Of a stretch of DNA of 64,000 nt, positions 1 to 13,584 are shown piece by piece. The stretch is from assembly GCA_030625085.1 (NCBI GenBank), contig DAOURK010000006.1:4061-68060 (forward strand). Direction: 5' to 3'. Origin of the DNA: Pseudomonadota bacterium (GTDB lineage: Bacteria > SZUA-182 > DTGQ01). The notes beneath the pieces were generated by a model. That model had not been told where the DNA came from. It saw only the letters and a list, made by a program, of their open reading frames with translations, and did not search any database. The first letter of the stretch is position 1; each line of letters starts with the position of its first letter. The translations under genes and the position numbers were made by a program.

Positions 1-2020
1 TTTGATTACCATAAAGATCTATAAGGTTCTGATTCATAAAAAGAATATTATGTTTTACATCTATAACTCTCAGACCATCATTCATATTGGTGAGAATGGT
101 ATCCAATAAATCCAATTTACTTTTAATTTTTTGCTGCAATCTCATTCGTTCGGTTATATCTTTAGAGGTTTCCACTACCGATATAATATTTCCCTGGCGG
201 TCGCGAATGGGGGAAGAGCTGGTTAAATATAAAATACTCTTCCCGCCTTTATCTATTAGGGCAAGCTCTTCGGAGGAATAAATTTTTCCATCTTTAAAGG
301 TCTTCTGAACGGGACAAGTCTTGCAAGGGCCGGGTAATCCCTTATATACTTGATAACATTTCTTACCAATAATATCTCCATAATTTTCATAAGCGACCCG
401 GTTAGCCCATGTAATCTGTAAATTTTTATCTATAATTGAAATTCGATCACTGGCAATTGATTCCAAAATGGCTCGTAATCGCTCTTCAGATCGACAAATT
501 TGGTCCTCCATTTCTACTTTCTTTTCTAAAAAATTAATCTCTTCCTGAGCCATTATTCTTTTTCTATTTACCCTAAAAGCAATAAATCCCCCCAGGCTAA
601 CCAAACAAATAAGGCTTATCATTAAAATAGCAATATACAAATGGAGGTGCTCGATAGAATGAGCCTCTTTATAATCAGCAGTAACTATTACTGCCCATAA
701 TTGTTCATGAAATTCAAAAGGCGAGTAAGCAAATACTTGTCCCTGATTTTCCAATTGGGGCAGATCTTTACTTAGCCCGTTCTGTTTTTGGTTAATTTTT
801 TCAACTAATTTTTGCCTATATTGATACAGCCGTAAATCTGAGGCATCTTTCGGTCCTGACAGGAATTCCTCTCCTATTTTTTTCCGGTCAGGATGATATA
901 AAATAATCCCGTGTTGATTAATCAGCAAGCTAAATTCATTATTATTATGAGAATCGTTTTTCCTGAGAAATGATTCAGCCGTTGTAAATAAATCCATCTC
1001 AACGATAATAAATCCTTTTTTCTTCCCTTTAAGTGACTTGAGCTGATTTTGCCTTTTTAGGCCTTTTATACTAAAGGGAACAAAAAGAAGGGGTCTCGAG
1101 TTTTCAAAAGATGATGTTTGAACTAAAGCGCTGTGAATTTGTTCCGGTGATTCTTGATAAATGGAAAAATAATTTTCTATGTCATTGGGAAGATTATGAG
1201 GTATATCACCCTTCCCCTCTATAGTGCCATAATGAACAAAACCGCTTGAATCTATAAGCCGAATGCTGTAGATAAATTTATTGTTAAATTGATAAATTCT
1301 ATCTAATTCACGCTGACACCCTTCTCCCAAACTTTGAACTACTGGGAGATGGCTAAGAAATTTAATTTCATTTTCCTTCTCTAAAATAAACTCCCTAAGT
1401 CCGGTTGCCATACTTTGGGCAATGATAAGTTGGTGATGTTGAAATTGCTCAAAGACATGATTTTCAGACCGCTGATGTATTTGATCTGCGATAAACACCA
1501 TTCCAACCGCTAATAGCCCAATAAAAATTAAGGTTAGCTTAATTATCCAATGTGTTTTTAAATGGGCTATCTTTTTGTGTTTTGTAATATATTCCCCTCT
1601 ATCCACTGTATTAACAAATAAATCACTTGAATCATTGATGTCTTTTTTTAAAGAACTGCTTGATTCTATTACCTTTTCCGCAGATATATACACATTATTA
1701 GGTAAAGCTTTTGGGTATTTTGAGGTCACGGTAATCTTATCATTGGTAAGCCGAAGGTATTTTTCTTGAAAACCGAATTTAATTAAGCGACGAATCCAAT
1801 ACTTATTTTCTCTAATTACCTTTGAGGTTTTATTTTCTGACTTTAAATAATCCTCAAGTTTAGATAGAATAGCGGAAAAAGAATTCTCCTCAATATCTTG
1901 CCCTTCATTTATACCATATGCCTCATAAAGTCTTTTTAAGGCAGATCGAAGCATGTATATTCCTGATGAGGTAATCTCTCCGGAAGTTGAATAAATGTCA
2001 AATAGTTGATATAAGTTCAT
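1..2020 (-). CDS. Multi-sensor signalling protein (Cache-like periplasmic domain, TM, PAS domains); N-terminal part only, the C-terminus lies beyond the window start
   Basis: Long open frame on the minus strand starting at ATG (complement of 2018-2020), preceded by AGGAG. My translation (MNLYQLFDIY...) shows an N-terminal extracytoplasmic region, a hydrophobic TM stretch and repeated PAS-like segments. It is absent from the ORF track because it runs off the window edge. Confidence 0.6.
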   Translation of the reverse strand, partial: MNLYQLFDIYSTSGEITSSGIYMLRSALKRLYEAYGINEGQDIEENSFSAILSKLEDYLKSENKTSKVIRENKYWIRRLIKFGFQEKYLRLTNDKITVTSKYPKALPNNVYISAEKVIESSSSLKKDINDSSDLFVNTVDRGEYITKHKKIAHLKTHWIIKLTLIFIGLLAVGMVFIADQIHQRSENHVFEQFQHHQLIIAQSMATGLREFILEKENEIKFLSHLPVVQSLGEGCQRELDRIYQFNNKFIYSIRLIDSSGFVHYGTIEGKGDIPHNLPNDIENYFSIYQESPEQIHSALVQTSSFENSRPLLFVPFSIKGLKRQNQLKSLKGKKKGFIIVEMDLFTTAESFLRKNDSHNNNEFSLLINQHGIILYHPDRKKIGEEFLSGPKDASDLRLYQYRQKLVEKINQKQNGLSKDLPQLENQGQVFAYSPFEFHEQLWAVIVTADYKEAHSIEHLHLYIAILMISLICLVSLGGFIAFRVNRKRIMAQEEINFLEKKVEMEDQICRSEERLRAILESIASDRISIIDKNLQITWANRVAYENYGDIIGKKCYQVYKGLPGPCKTCPVQKTFKDGKIYSSEELALIDKGGKSILYLTSSSPIRDRQGNIISVVETSKDITERMRLQQKIKSKLDLLDTILTNMNDGLRVIDVKHNILFMNQNLIDLYGNQ

Positions 2021-2592
2021 GGATTGAAAACTCCTTTACTCTCAAGGCAATATAAATTTTTCGTCATGAAGGTTGATGCAAATCGTAAAAAGTCGTATTC
2101 ATAAAAATAGTATCTAATAAAATCAAATAATTATAATAGCTAAACCAGTTAATTTAAGACTTTTTACGAGATCATCAAGGTTGCCCTGCAAATGTCTTAG
2201 CATTGAGAATATTTTTTTCCCTAAAATCTCTACAGACAAAATAATGTTTTCTGTTTAGTAAAATATTTACCATAAAAAGTGCTGTTTGTCTATATTTTTA
2301 TTGACAAACAGACTACCCCTCTCCTCTTTTTCCCATATTTTGTCTCATTAATCCTTTTGTCTCACCCGGTATTTTTTGACTCACAGATGATTGAGACATG
2401 TCTCTTCTCACTTTTTTTGCTTTCATGGTGAAGCTTATGTAGCCAGCCAAAATGCAGGTCTACAGCCCCTGCGCTACAATTCTGTGAATATCGAGTATGA
2501 AATTATTTTGCTGAATAACTATAGTATGACTGGATGCAACTTGATATTAGAGGATGTATAAAGAGTGGGGCGAGAGGAGGGATGCAGTTTAT

Positions 2593-2665
2593 CGGGGCGA
2601 GAGGATTTGAACCTCCGACATCCGGTTCCCAAAACCGGTGCGCTACCAGGCTGCGCTACGCCCCG
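2593..2665 (-). tRNA. tRNA-Pro (anticodon UGG)
   Basis: Reverse complement reads GGGGCGTAGCGCAGCCTGGTAGCGCACCGGTTTTGGGAACCGGATGTCGGAGGTTCAAATCCTCTCGCCCCG. It has a 7-bp acceptor stem, a GGTTCAAATCC T-loop, and anticodon loop TTTGGGA giving anticodon TGG. Confidence 0.8.
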
Positions 2666-2723
2666 ATATACAGATTTAATCTTTAAAATGATGTATGATT
2701 ATAAAGAATTTTATGCTAAAAAG

Positions 2724-3326
2724 TCAATGATAATTCTGAAAAAATTCTCTTAATTTGGCTAAAGCCTGAGCGCGATGACTGATTTTGTTTTTTATTTCAA
2801 GCCCTAATTCAGCAAAGGTCTTTTTATATTCAGGCAGAAAAAAAAGCGGATCATAACCAAATCCTTCAAATCCTTTAGGCTCAAAAGTAATTATCCCCTC
2901 ACAGGTGCCTTCCCAGGTATAAACCTCTCCCTTGGGAAACAATAAAACCAAGGTGCATCGATAGCGAGCTGTTCGTTTATCAAAGGGAATTCCTTGAAGG
3001 GCCTTTAATAATTTACAATTATTGTCTTTGTCCGAAGCCCCACACCCCCCATATCGGGCGGAATACATTCCCGGCTTCCCTTCTAAGGCGTCCACTTCCA
3101 AACCCGAATCTTCCCCCAAGGCAGGTTCACCAAAATGATCTACAACACTCCGCACTTTTTGTAAAGCATTTTCATAATACGTACGGCCATTTTCTAAATG
3201 AGGATTCTTCCAATTAATATCCTTCAAAGAAAAAATTTGAATAGAAAAATCCATTAAAATTTTTCTCATTTCATCTATTTTATGTGAGTTATGAGAAGCA
3301 ATAATAAGCCGACTCAAATAATTCAT
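2724..3326 (-). CDS. rdgB: Non-canonical purine NTP pyrophosphatase (RdgB/HAM1 family)
   Basis: The ORF 2724..3359 translation matches the Ham1/RdgB family (IIASHNSHKIDE...GYDPLF...). The likely start is the internal Met (MNYL...) at 3326, by alignment with typical N-termini. Confidence 0.8.
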   Translation of the reverse strand: MNYLSRLIIASHNSHKIDEMRKILMDFSIQIFSLKDINWKNPHLENGRTYYENALQKVRSVVDHFGEPALGEDSGLEVDALEGKPGMYSARYGGCGASDKDNNCKLLKALQGIPFDKRTARYRCTLVLLFPKGEVYTWEGTCEGIITFEPKGFEGFGYDPLFFLPEYKKTFAELGLEIKNKISHRAQALAKLREFFQNYH

Positions 3327-3330
3327 TTTA

Positions 3331-4068
3331 CTATTCCAATGATAAAATAATATCTCCAAGGACTTTTTTTTGTTTTTCTATAAGAGCATTAATCCCTTTT
3401 TTCGACAGATAAATCATGGTCTGTAATTGTTCCTGTGAAAAAGGAACGCTCTCGGCTGTTCCCTGGATCTCTATAAATTTTCCCTTACTTGTTAAAATAA
3501 AATTCATGTCAACCTCTGCATGAGAATCTTCTTGATAATTCAAATCCAGTAAAACCTCTCCATTAACTATTCCAACACTTGTAGCAGCAACATAATCTTT
3601 TATCAACAATTCTTCTATTTTCCCCTTTGTTTTTAATGTGTTTAAAGCTTCTACTATGGCAATAAACCCTCCGGTAATGGCCGCTGTTCTCGTTCCACCA
3701 TCAGCTTGAATTACATCGCAATCAATCCAGATAGTTCGTTCTCCAAGGCGACTCAAATCTACCACACTTCGAAAGGCCCTGCCAATAAGTCTTTGAATTT
3801 CATGAGTTCGTCCACCAACCCGCCCCCGAGAAGACTCTCTTGTGATACGAGTTGCTGAAGATCTCGGTAACATTGAATATTCAGAAGTTATCCATCCCTG
3901 ACCCGTATCTTTCAAAAAAGGTGGGGTTTTGTCCTCTATACTTGCCGTACAAATAACTTTCGTGTCCCCAACCTCAATGAGGACCGACCCTTCTGCATAT
4001 TTAGTAAAATTGCGAATAATATTTACTTCGCGCAAGGCATCGTTAGCGCGCCCATCAATCCTCATTAT
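3331..4068 (-). CDS. rph: Ribonuclease PH
   Basis: Translation [14 protein letters not shown]...[13 protein letters not shown]...LDLNYQEDS is characteristic of RNase PH. Start chosen at the Met 14 codons into the ORF. Confidence 0.85.
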   Translation of the reverse strand: MMRIDGRANDALREVNIIRNFTKYAEGSVLIEVGDTKVICTASIEDKTPPFLKDTGQGWITSEYSMLPRSSATRITRESSRGRVGGRTHEIQRLIGRAFRSVVDLSRLGERTIWIDCDVIQADGGTRTAAITGGFIAIVEALNTLKTKGKIEELLIKDYVAATSVGIVNGEVLLDLNYQEDSHAEVDMNFILTSKGKFIEIQGTAESVPFSQEQLQTMIYLSKKGINALIEKQKKVLGDIILSLE

Positions 4069-4924
4069 TCCCTCTCCCTTCTCTCTTATTATAATTTGAA
4101 ATATCAATATGCTTAACAGGAAAAATAGCCCTTTTTAAAAATAATTTTCCTAAAGAATAAAAATGCTCCGGCATGTCGGTTACAAAAAAACGTAATTCAC
4201 CGGTTGTTTTCTGTTGGTTCAATAATTCTTTATTTTGAAGTATCATTTGTAATTCCCTGGCCAGGAACATAGCTGAATCTATTAATGCTACCTTTGGCCC
4301 CAAGATATCAGAAATAACCTCTTTTAATAAAGGGTAATGAGTACACCCTAAGATAAGGGTATCAATCTGTTTTTTTTTGAAAAATTCCAAATAAATTTCC
4401 GCAATTCTGTAGGTAACGGGATGATCAATCCATGCCTCTTCTACCAAGGGCACAAATAATGGACATGCTTGACTAAAGACAACAACCTGTGAATTAATAT
4501 CTTTGATAGCCTGAATATAAGCCTGGCTGGAAATAGTACCCGCTGTACCGATAATACCGATTTTTCCGGATTGAGTGGCCTTGAGAGCAGCCCGAACTCC
4601 CGGAGCAATAACTCCTAGACAAGGCGGTGTAAAAGAGCCCTGCAATTTTTTCAGAGCAAAGGCGGCGGCGGTGTTACAAGCAACCACAATAAATTTAATA
4701 CCTTGATGTAAAAGGAATTCGGTGTTTTGAAAAGCATATTTAGTAACCGTATCAGGAGATTTAACACCATAAGGCACTCGAGCCGTATCTCCCAGATAGA
4801 CAACACTTTCATGGGGTAAGGTCTTGATAATTTCTCGAACTACCGTTAGCCCCCCTAATCCTGAATCAAATATACCGATAGCTTTATTTTGATCATTACT
4901 CGATTCATGGTTGGAATTTAACAA
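4055..4924 (-). CDS. murI: Glutamate racemase
   Basis: [13 protein letters not shown]...VVACNTA...GCTHYPLL motifs are typical of MurI. Confidence 0.85.
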   Translation of the reverse strand: MLNSNHESSNDQNKAIGIFDSGLGGLTVVREIIKTLPHESVVYLGDTARVPYGVKSPDTVTKYAFQNTEFLLHQGIKFIVVACNTAAAFALKKLQGSFTPPCLGVIAPGVRAALKATQSGKIGIIGTAGTISSQAYIQAIKDINSQVVVFSQACPLFVPLVEEAWIDHPVTYRIAEIYLEFFKKKQIDTLILGCTHYPLLKEVISDILGPKVALIDSAMFLARELQMILQNKELLNQQKTTGELRFFVTDMPEHFYSLGKLFLKRAIFPVKHIDISNYNKREGRGNNED

Positions 4925-5137
4925 TATTTTCTAAAAAGCCTCTCTTCGAAACGTCTGTTTTAATGCTCTCATAAAAAGTCCCTTTTGGCAAATTTGTCAT
5001 TTCGACCACATTCACTCCGTTCAGTGTAAACTCCGGGAGAAATCTTATATTTTTCAACATATTGTGCAAGAAGATTTCTCACGTTTGTTCGAAATGACAC
5101 GTTGATGAGACGTTTTACGAGACCATCCTGTTAATCT

Positions 5138-5758
5138 TTAAAAAAAAGATTGGGGATAGGATAATAATTCATTAAATGAAAAGGCCCTACGCGTATCTAA
5201 ATGACCATGTAATGTTTCTATTTCTTCACCATTAATCAATAACCTTACTTTATAAATTTGTGGAAAATTTTTAATTATGGTATTAGCAATTGAATAAATA
5301 GTTATTACCTCCGCCCAACATCCTCCAGGATGATTTTGAACTAATTCGCTTGAAAAGTCGATATACCCCACATTATTTTTATCAACGTAAATACTGCGTA
5401 CTTTTGTATCCGGTGGAATCGTTGGGGCAAGATCTGTATTTGGACCATTTATCAATTCTAATATGGCTTGGCGCATTTGCTGATGTTTATCGATTTCTCC
5501 CTTTTTTATTTCTCTCTCCTCAACAACCAAAGTGGACTGATCTTTACCTCCAAAAAATAGCTTTAAAAATAAAGGCTCTTCTTTTAAGGCCTGTTGTGTT
5601 TCGTTCAAAACTTGAGAAAGAAGGCTGTTTTCTTTTATTTGGGGTATAGGGTTCTTTACTTCAGACCATAACCATATCCCAAAACCGGCTATAATCAAAA
5701 TCAAAAGAAGAATAAAAAATTGCTTAATAAAACCGCGATTATCAATTCTTCCAAACAT
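5138..5758 (-). CDS. GerMN domain-containing protein (membrane anchored)
   Basis: N-terminal hydrophobic segment followed by GerMN-like sequence (GPNTDLAPTIP...YIDFSSEL). Confidence 0.55.
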   Translation of the reverse strand: MFGRIDNRGFIKQFFILLLILIIAGFGIWLWSEVKNPIPQIKENSLLSQVLNETQQALKEEPLFLKLFFGGKDQSTLVVEEREIKKGEIDKHQQMRQAILELINGPNTDLAPTIPPDTKVRSIYVDKNNVGYIDFSSELVQNHPGGCWAEVITIYSIANTIIKNFPQIYKVRLLINGEEIETLHGHLDTRRAFSFNELLSYPQSFF

Positions 5759-6623
5759 TATGCTTTTCCTTATCTTGAATATAAAAAATAATGCCTCGAT
5801 ATAAAATGAAGGCCAGCTCTTGTCGATATTCCTCTGTGTTCAATTTTTCAATGATTTGGGGATTTGATAAAAAAGCATTCTCAACCAATACTGCCGGCAT
5901 ATGAGCCCCTTTTAAAACAAAAAGAGGCATTTCCAGTAATTTTATCGATTCAAATCTAAGGCTGTTGAGAGCTGCTTTTTCGATTCTTAAGGCCAAATCT
6001 CTACTATCTGCCAAATACCTGCGCTGTGAAGCCTCCCAGTTCATTTTATCCCTAGAGAAACGTTTTATTTCCTCATTGGAATATGCAGTAATATAAATTT
6101 GCATCTCCTTCAACGAAATATCAAAATGAGCATTAAAATGAAGACTGAGGAAAAGATCCGCTTTGTGATGATTGGCAAAAGTTGTTCTATCTATCAATGA
6201 CAGCGCATAGTCTCCCGTTCGAGTTAGTAATACTCGATGCGCTGTATTTTCTGAAATAAGATTTTGTAACCTTTTGGCAAGATCTAATGTTAAATCTTTC
6301 TCTAATATGCTGGATTCAGAACAAACGACGCCATAATCATCGCCTCCATGTCCAGGATCAATAACAAGACAGTAAACTTTTCTCCTACCAAAATCAAAGG
6401 GGAAAAATAACTTTTCTTCTAAAAATCCTCCTTCTTTATTCTCACTATGATTTGTATTTGAATCTGCATCAAGGATGTTTTTTTTTAACCTTATGCCGGG
6501 TAAGATATCATCGGGGTTCGGTGCGCTTATACTCGAGGAAGGAAAGCTGCTAAAGAGAAAGAAGTTGACTAAAAAAAGGGTGGCTAAAAAAAAAGATTTA
6601 CGCCTAATTTGTCGATTTTTCAT
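5742..6623 (-). CDS. N-acetylmuramoyl-L-alanine amidase (Amidase_3 family)
   Basis: Signal peptide plus the VIDPGHGGDDYG...LSLHFNA motif typical of AmiC/CwlD-like amidases. Confidence 0.8.
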   Translation of the reverse strand: MKNRQIRRKSFFLATLFLVNFFLFSSFPSSSISAPNPDDILPGIRLKKNILDADSNTNHSENKEGGFLEEKLFFPFDFGRRKVYCLVIDPGHGGDDYGVVCSESSILEKDLTLDLAKRLQNLISENTAHRVLLTRTGDYALSLIDRTTFANHHKADLFLSLHFNAHFDISLKEMQIYITAYSNEEIKRFSRDKMNWEASQRRYLADSRDLALRIEKAALNSLRFESIKLLEMPLFVLKGAHMPAVLVENAFLSNPQIIEKLNTEEYRQELAFILYRGIIFYIQDKEKHNVWKN

Positions 6624-6728
6624 AGGCTTTTTTTCGCGTTAACGCTCCTCGATATGACCCTTGATGGCGATTTTGTAGAAATTCTCAGTATTCTTTATTA
6701 AGGAAAGGAATTTTTTTATTAAAAAAAA

Positions 6729-6818
6729 CGGAGAGGGAGGGATTCGAACCCTCGGAACAAGTTTCCTCATTCATTCGCTTAGCAGGCGAACGCCTTGAGC
6801 CAGCTCGGCCACCTCTCC
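6729..6818 (-). tRNA. tRNA-Ser (anticodon GCU)
   Basis: Reverse complement GGAGAGGTGGCCGAGCTGGCTCAAGGCGTTCGCCTGCTAAGCGAATG...GGTTCGAATCCC has a long variable arm. Anticodon loop CTGCTAA gives GCT. Confidence 0.8.
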
Positions 6819-6927
6819 ATAAATTATACGGGCTTAACAAAATTAACTACAGTGCTTCATAAATAAGATAAAAATTTCCATACTCGTGGATTATACAGCT
6901 CGGATGGTAAATATTCTATGTTCAATA

Positions 6928-7010
6928 CGGAGGGAGTAGGATTCGAACCCACGGACCTTTCGGTCAACGGTTTTCAAGACCGCCGCCTTAAACCACTCGG
7001 CCATCCCTCC
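6928..7010 (-). tRNA. tRNA-Ser (anticodon UGA)
   Basis: Reverse complement GGAGGGATGGCCGAGTGGTTTAAGGCGGCGGTCTTGAAAACCGTTG...GGTTCGAATCC. Anticodon loop CTTGAAA gives TGA; long variable arm. Confidence 0.75.
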
Positions 7011-7028
7011 AAAATAGTATTACTCTAT

Positions 7029-8336
7029 TTATTCTTCTTTTATTTCTGTTACTCCTCCTAAATATTGTTGAAGAGGGCCGGGAATTTCTATTGATCCGTC
7101 CTCTCTTTGATAATTTTCTAAAATAGCCACTACTGTTCGACCAATAGCCAGGCCGGAGCCATTTAAGGTATGCACTAAATGGGTCTTTCTTTTCACATTA
7201 TCCCGGTAGCGAATTTTTCCTCTTCGTGCCTGAAAATCTTCAAAATTACTACACGACGAAATCTCTCGAAATAGTTGTTGGCTTGGCAACCAAACCTCTA
7301 TATCATAAGTTTTGGCGGCTGAAAAACCTAAATCTCCCGTGCATAAAGTTACTACTCTATAAGGAATATTTAAAATTTGTAATACCTCTTCAGCATCATT
7401 AAGCAATAACTCTAAATTATCGTAAGATGTCTCGGGAGGAGAAAACCATACCAACTCCACCTTATTAAATTGATGCTGTCGAATAAGTCCTCTGGTATCT
7501 TTCCCGTATGAACCTGCTTCCCGTCTGAAGCAGGGCGTATAAGAAACATATTTTATTGGAAGACTGTTTTCTTCCAAAATTTCATCGCGATGGATATTGG
7601 TTACAGGGACCTCTGCTGTTGGAATTAAATAAAAACCATCTTCTGTAGTTTTAAAAAGGTCTTCTTCAAATTTTGGCAATTGGCCGGTTACAAACATGCT
7701 GGTAGCATTAACCATAAAGGGAGGAAGGACCTCTGTGTATCCATGTTTTCTGGTATGCAAATCCAACATAAAATTGATTAATCCTCTTTCCAGCAAGGCC
7801 CCTTTACCCTTATATAAGGCAAACCGCGATCCGGCAATTTTTGCCGAGCATAAAAAATCCAAAATATGTAATGATTCTCCTAATTCCCAATGAGGTTTTG
7901 GCTCAAATGAAAAATTTTTTTTTATTCCCCAATGACGAACTACCGTATTATCCTTCTCGTCTTTGCCAATAGGGACAGTATCATGAGGTATATTAGGAAT
8001 TATGTGTAAAATTGATTCCAGACTTTCTTGTATATTTTTTTGTCTTTCATCCAGGCCTTTGATTTGGGCCGAGATTTCCTTCATTTCCAAAATGCTTTTT
8101 TTTCTATCTGCTAAAAGTGCCAAATCCTCTGACTGCGCCTGTCCCTTTTTGTTCAAATCTGAAATTTTTTTTGAAAAAACATTCCGCTGATGTTTTGATT
8201 TTTCTGCTTCCTGTAACAGTTTTCTTCTTTGTTGATCATATTCAATAAATTTTTCTATATTTGCCTCTTCTCCTCTTTGTTGAAGGGTATCTTTAACTAA
8301 GGCTATATTTTCTCGCAAAAATTTGATGTCAAGCAT
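7029..8336 (-). CDS. serS: Seryl-tRNA synthetase
   Basis: 435-aa translation has the N-terminal coiled-coil arm and class II core motifs of SerS. Confidence 0.9.
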   Translation of the reverse strand: MLDIKFLRENIALVKDTLQQRGEEANIEKFIEYDQQRRKLLQEAEKSKHQRNVFSKKISDLNKKGQAQSEDLALLADRKKSILEMKEISAQIKGLDERQKNIQESLESILHIIPNIPHDTVPIGKDEKDNTVVRHWGIKKNFSFEPKPHWELGESLHILDFLCSAKIAGSRFALYKGKGALLERGLINFMLDLHTRKHGYTEVLPPFMVNATSMFVTGQLPKFEEDLFKTTEDGFYLIPTAEVPVTNIHRDEILEENSLPIKYVSYTPCFRREAGSYGKDTRGLIRQHQFNKVELVWFSPPETSYDNLELLLNDAEEVLQILNIPYRVVTLCTGDLGFSAAKTYDIEVWLPSQQLFREISSCSNFEDFQARRGKIRYRDNVKRKTHLVHTLNGSGLAIGRTVVAILENYQREDGSIEIPGPLQQYLGGVTEIKEE

Positions 8337-8347
8337 GTTACCACTCT

Positions 8348-10834
8348 TTATTCTTCTTCATTATTACTATTTTCTTCTTCTTTGGTATCTTCTTCATTAT
8401 CGGTTTCAGCTTCAGGAGCCAAGGCAATAGAGACAACTTTATCATCTTTTAATTCTATCAATTTAACACCCTGGGTGTCGCGACCTATAACACTAACGTC
8501 ATCAACACGTATCCAAATTAATTTGCCGTTTTTGGTAATAATCATTAAGGTTTCATTCGGTAAAACCTCTTTAATACCAATAACTTCTCCATTTTTAAAC
8601 GTAAGATGTATATTCCTATAGCCCTTTCCGGCCCTATTTTGGCTCCGGTATTCTTCAGTATTGGTTCTTTTTCCAAAACCATTCTCAGTTACTGTAAAAA
8701 TAGTTGAGTTTCCGGTTAAAATCTGCATATCTACCACTTCATCATTATGCCCGACCTTAATCCCCCGACATCCTTTAGCAACCCTGCCGGTAGGTCTGAG
8801 CCCTTTTTCATTAAAACGGATAGATTTACCCTTTCTTGTTCCCAGAAAAATATCTTTTTCCCCATCAGTCATTTTTACTGCTATCAATTTGTCACCCTCA
8901 GCAATAATTAGTCCGCGTATTCCTCTTTGTCCAAAGCGCTCAATATTTTTAAATCCTTGAGCCTCTGTTCTTTTAACTAATCCCTTTTTCGTTGCCATAA
9001 CCAAATACTGACCCTTCTGCAGTTCTTTAAAGGGAAAAAAGGCAGCAATTTTTTCGTCGGGATGCAAAGATAAAAGATTAACTATCGGCGTTCCCTTGGC
9101 ATTTCTCCCTGTTTCCGGAATTCTATATACTTTAAGACAAAAAACCCTGCCTGAATCAGCAAAGAAAAACATACCGTGATGGGTTGTGGTAACAAAAATA
9201 TTTGTGGTAAAATCTTCCTCTAGGGTTACAAGTCCTCTAACCCCTTGTCCTTTTCTCCTTTGAATTTTGTAATGATCAAGGGATGTTCTTTTAATATATC
9301 CACGATGGGTTACGGTAACTACCATATCCTGTTCAGGAAAAGTATCTTCATAATCTATTTCATCTTCATTATCTATAATCTCTGTAAGACGATCATCTTT
9401 ATAAGCGCCTTGCAAATCAAGCAATTCTTTTTTGATTATTTCCAAAACCATGTGATCCTTTGCTAAAACGTCGCGATAATAGCTGATTTTTTCATTAAGT
9501 TCCCTTAAATCCTTTTCCAACCCTTCTCTTTCCATGCCGGTAAGTTTCTGTAACCGCATTTCTAAAATTGATTTGGCTTGGATTTGACTTAAGGAAAATT
9601 CACTGATTAATTCTTCTTTTGCTTGATTAACCGTTTTGGAAGACCGAATGATCTCAATAACTCTATCTATGTTATCAAGAGCTATTTTTAATCCTTCTAA
9701 AATATGTACTTTATCTTCTGCCTGCTTAAGTTCAAAAATGGTCCTGCGAGTAATAATTTCTTTTCTATAAGAAATAAATTTATGAAGAAAACCCTTTAAG
9801 GTTACAACCTTGGGCTGATTTTCAACCAAGGCCAACATATTCATACCAAAACTCGTCTCAAGTGTTGTGTGCTTATATAAATAATTGAGTATGACCTGAG
9901 CTATTTCATGTTTTTTTAATTCAACAACTATGCGCATACCGTCTCTATCCGATTCATCACGCAAGTCTGATATGCCTTCAATCTTTTTTTCATTAATCAA
10001 CTGAGCAATAGTTTCTAATAATTTTGTTTTATTAACTTGATAGGGTATTTGGAAAATAATAATTCTTTCTTTGTTTGTCTTTTCATCCTTTTCAATTTCC
10101 GCTTTACCCCGTACTTTAATAATTCCTCTTCCGGTTGTGTAAGCATCTAAAATTCCTTTTTTCCCATAAATAATCCCACCAGTAGGAAAGTCCGGTCCTT
10201 TAATAAGTTGAAAAATTTGTTCTTCAGAATATTCAGGGTTATCAATAACATAGACCAATGCGTTTATTACCTCATTTAAATTATGAGGAGGTATATTTGT
10301 GGCCATGCCTACTGCTATCCCGGAAGAACCATTAATAAGCAAATTAGGTATAATAGTTGGCAAGACAACAGGCTCATCTAAGGATTCATCAAAGTTTTTT
10401 ATCCAATCAACGGTCTCTTTTTCTATATCAGTCAAAAATTCATGGGCTATCCTGGCCAATTTTACTTCTGTATATCGCATAGCTGCAGGAGAATCACCAT
10501 CAATAGAACCAAAATTGCCTTGTCCTTTAATAAGAGGGTATCTTAAGGAAAAATTTTGAACCATTCTACAGAGGGCATCATATACAGAGGCATCTCCATG
10601 GGGATGAAATTTTCCCAAAACGTCACCCACAATACGAGCGGACTTTCGAAAAGATTTATTCCAACTGAGGCCTAATTCGTGCATAGCATATAATATTCGT
10701 CGATGCACCGGCTTTAATCCATCTCTTATATCGGGTAAGGCTCTGCCAACAATTACACTCATGGCGTAATCCATATAAGAGCTTTTTAATTCATCCTCAA
10801 TATCAACTATTATATTTTTTTCTTCTAATAACAT
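8348..10834 (-). CDS. gyrA: DNA gyrase subunit A
   Basis: 828 aa; the [31 protein letters not shown]-terminus is diagnostic for GyrA. Acidic C-terminal tail. Confidence 0.95.
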   Translation of the reverse strand: MLLEEKNIIVDIEDELKSSYMDYAMSVIVGRALPDIRDGLKPVHRRILYAMHELGLSWNKSFRKSARIVGDVLGKFHPHGDASVYDALCRMVQNFSLRYPLIKGQGNFGSIDGDSPAAMRYTEVKLARIAHEFLTDIEKETVDWIKNFDESLDEPVVLPTIIPNLLINGSSGIAVGMATNIPPHNLNEVINALVYVIDNPEYSEEQIFQLIKGPDFPTGGIIYGKKGILDAYTTGRGIIKVRGKAEIEKDEKTNKERIIIFQIPYQVNKTKLLETIAQLINEKKIEGISDLRDESDRDGMRIVVELKKHEIAQVILNYLYKHTTLETSFGMNMLALVENQPKVVTLKGFLHKFISYRKEIITRRTIFELKQAEDKVHILEGLKIALDNIDRVIEIIRSSKTVNQAKEELISEFSLSQIQAKSILEMRLQKLTGMEREGLEKDLRELNEKISYYRDVLAKDHMVLEIIKKELLDLQGAYKDDRLTEIIDNEDEIDYEDTFPEQDMVVTVTHRGYIKRTSLDHYKIQRRKGQGVRGLVTLEEDFTTNIFVTTTHHGMFFFADSGRVFCLKVYRIPETGRNAKGTPIVNLLSLHPDEKIAAFFPFKELQKGQYLVMATKKGLVKRTEAQGFKNIERFGQRGIRGLIIAEGDKLIAVKMTDGEKDIFLGTRKGKSIRFNEKGLRPTGRVAKGCRGIKVGHNDEVVDMQILTGNSTIFTVTENGFGKRTNTEEYRSQNRAGKGYRNIHLTFKNGEVIGIKEVLPNETLMIITKNGKLIWIRVDDVSVIGRDTQGVKLIELKDDKVVSIALAPEAETDNEEDTKEEENSNNEEE

Positions 10835-10868
10835 TCCTGTTTTCCTCTATCCAAAAACGATAGTACTA

Positions 10869-13319
<2,451 letters not shown>

Positions 13320-13584
13320 TTAACTTTTTTATGTGACCGTTAAAATACAATAAAAAAATATTAATAATTGTATTAATACTTAGTTGTAGTAGGTACTGTT
13401 ACTAAAGGTAAAAGGTGTTTATTTTATTGAAAAGAAATATCTTTTAAAAATTTTTGTTGTTGTACACTATGTTTATATTATGTGATTATATTTTTATTTT
13501 TTTAAAAAAAATATTTATACAGAATTTATTCACACTTTACTAACAATTTATATACAAAAATGTTAACATTTTTTTTAAAACTAT

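Noticed and set aside
87-1769. Small plus-strand ORFs (87-281, 1575-1769)
   Set aside because: They lie inside and antisense to the long minus-strand sensor-protein reading frame.
2565-2753. 62-aa plus-strand ORF
   Set aside because: It overlaps the tRNA-Pro gene on the opposite strand and has no RBS or homology. Spurious.
4929-5060. Possible 43-codon minus-strand ORF and a 10-bp inverted repeat in the murI-gerM spacer
   Set aside because: No RBS or recognisable homology, so I cannot support it as a gene. The inverted repeat (GTCATTTCGA...TCGAAATGAC) has a 90-nt loop.
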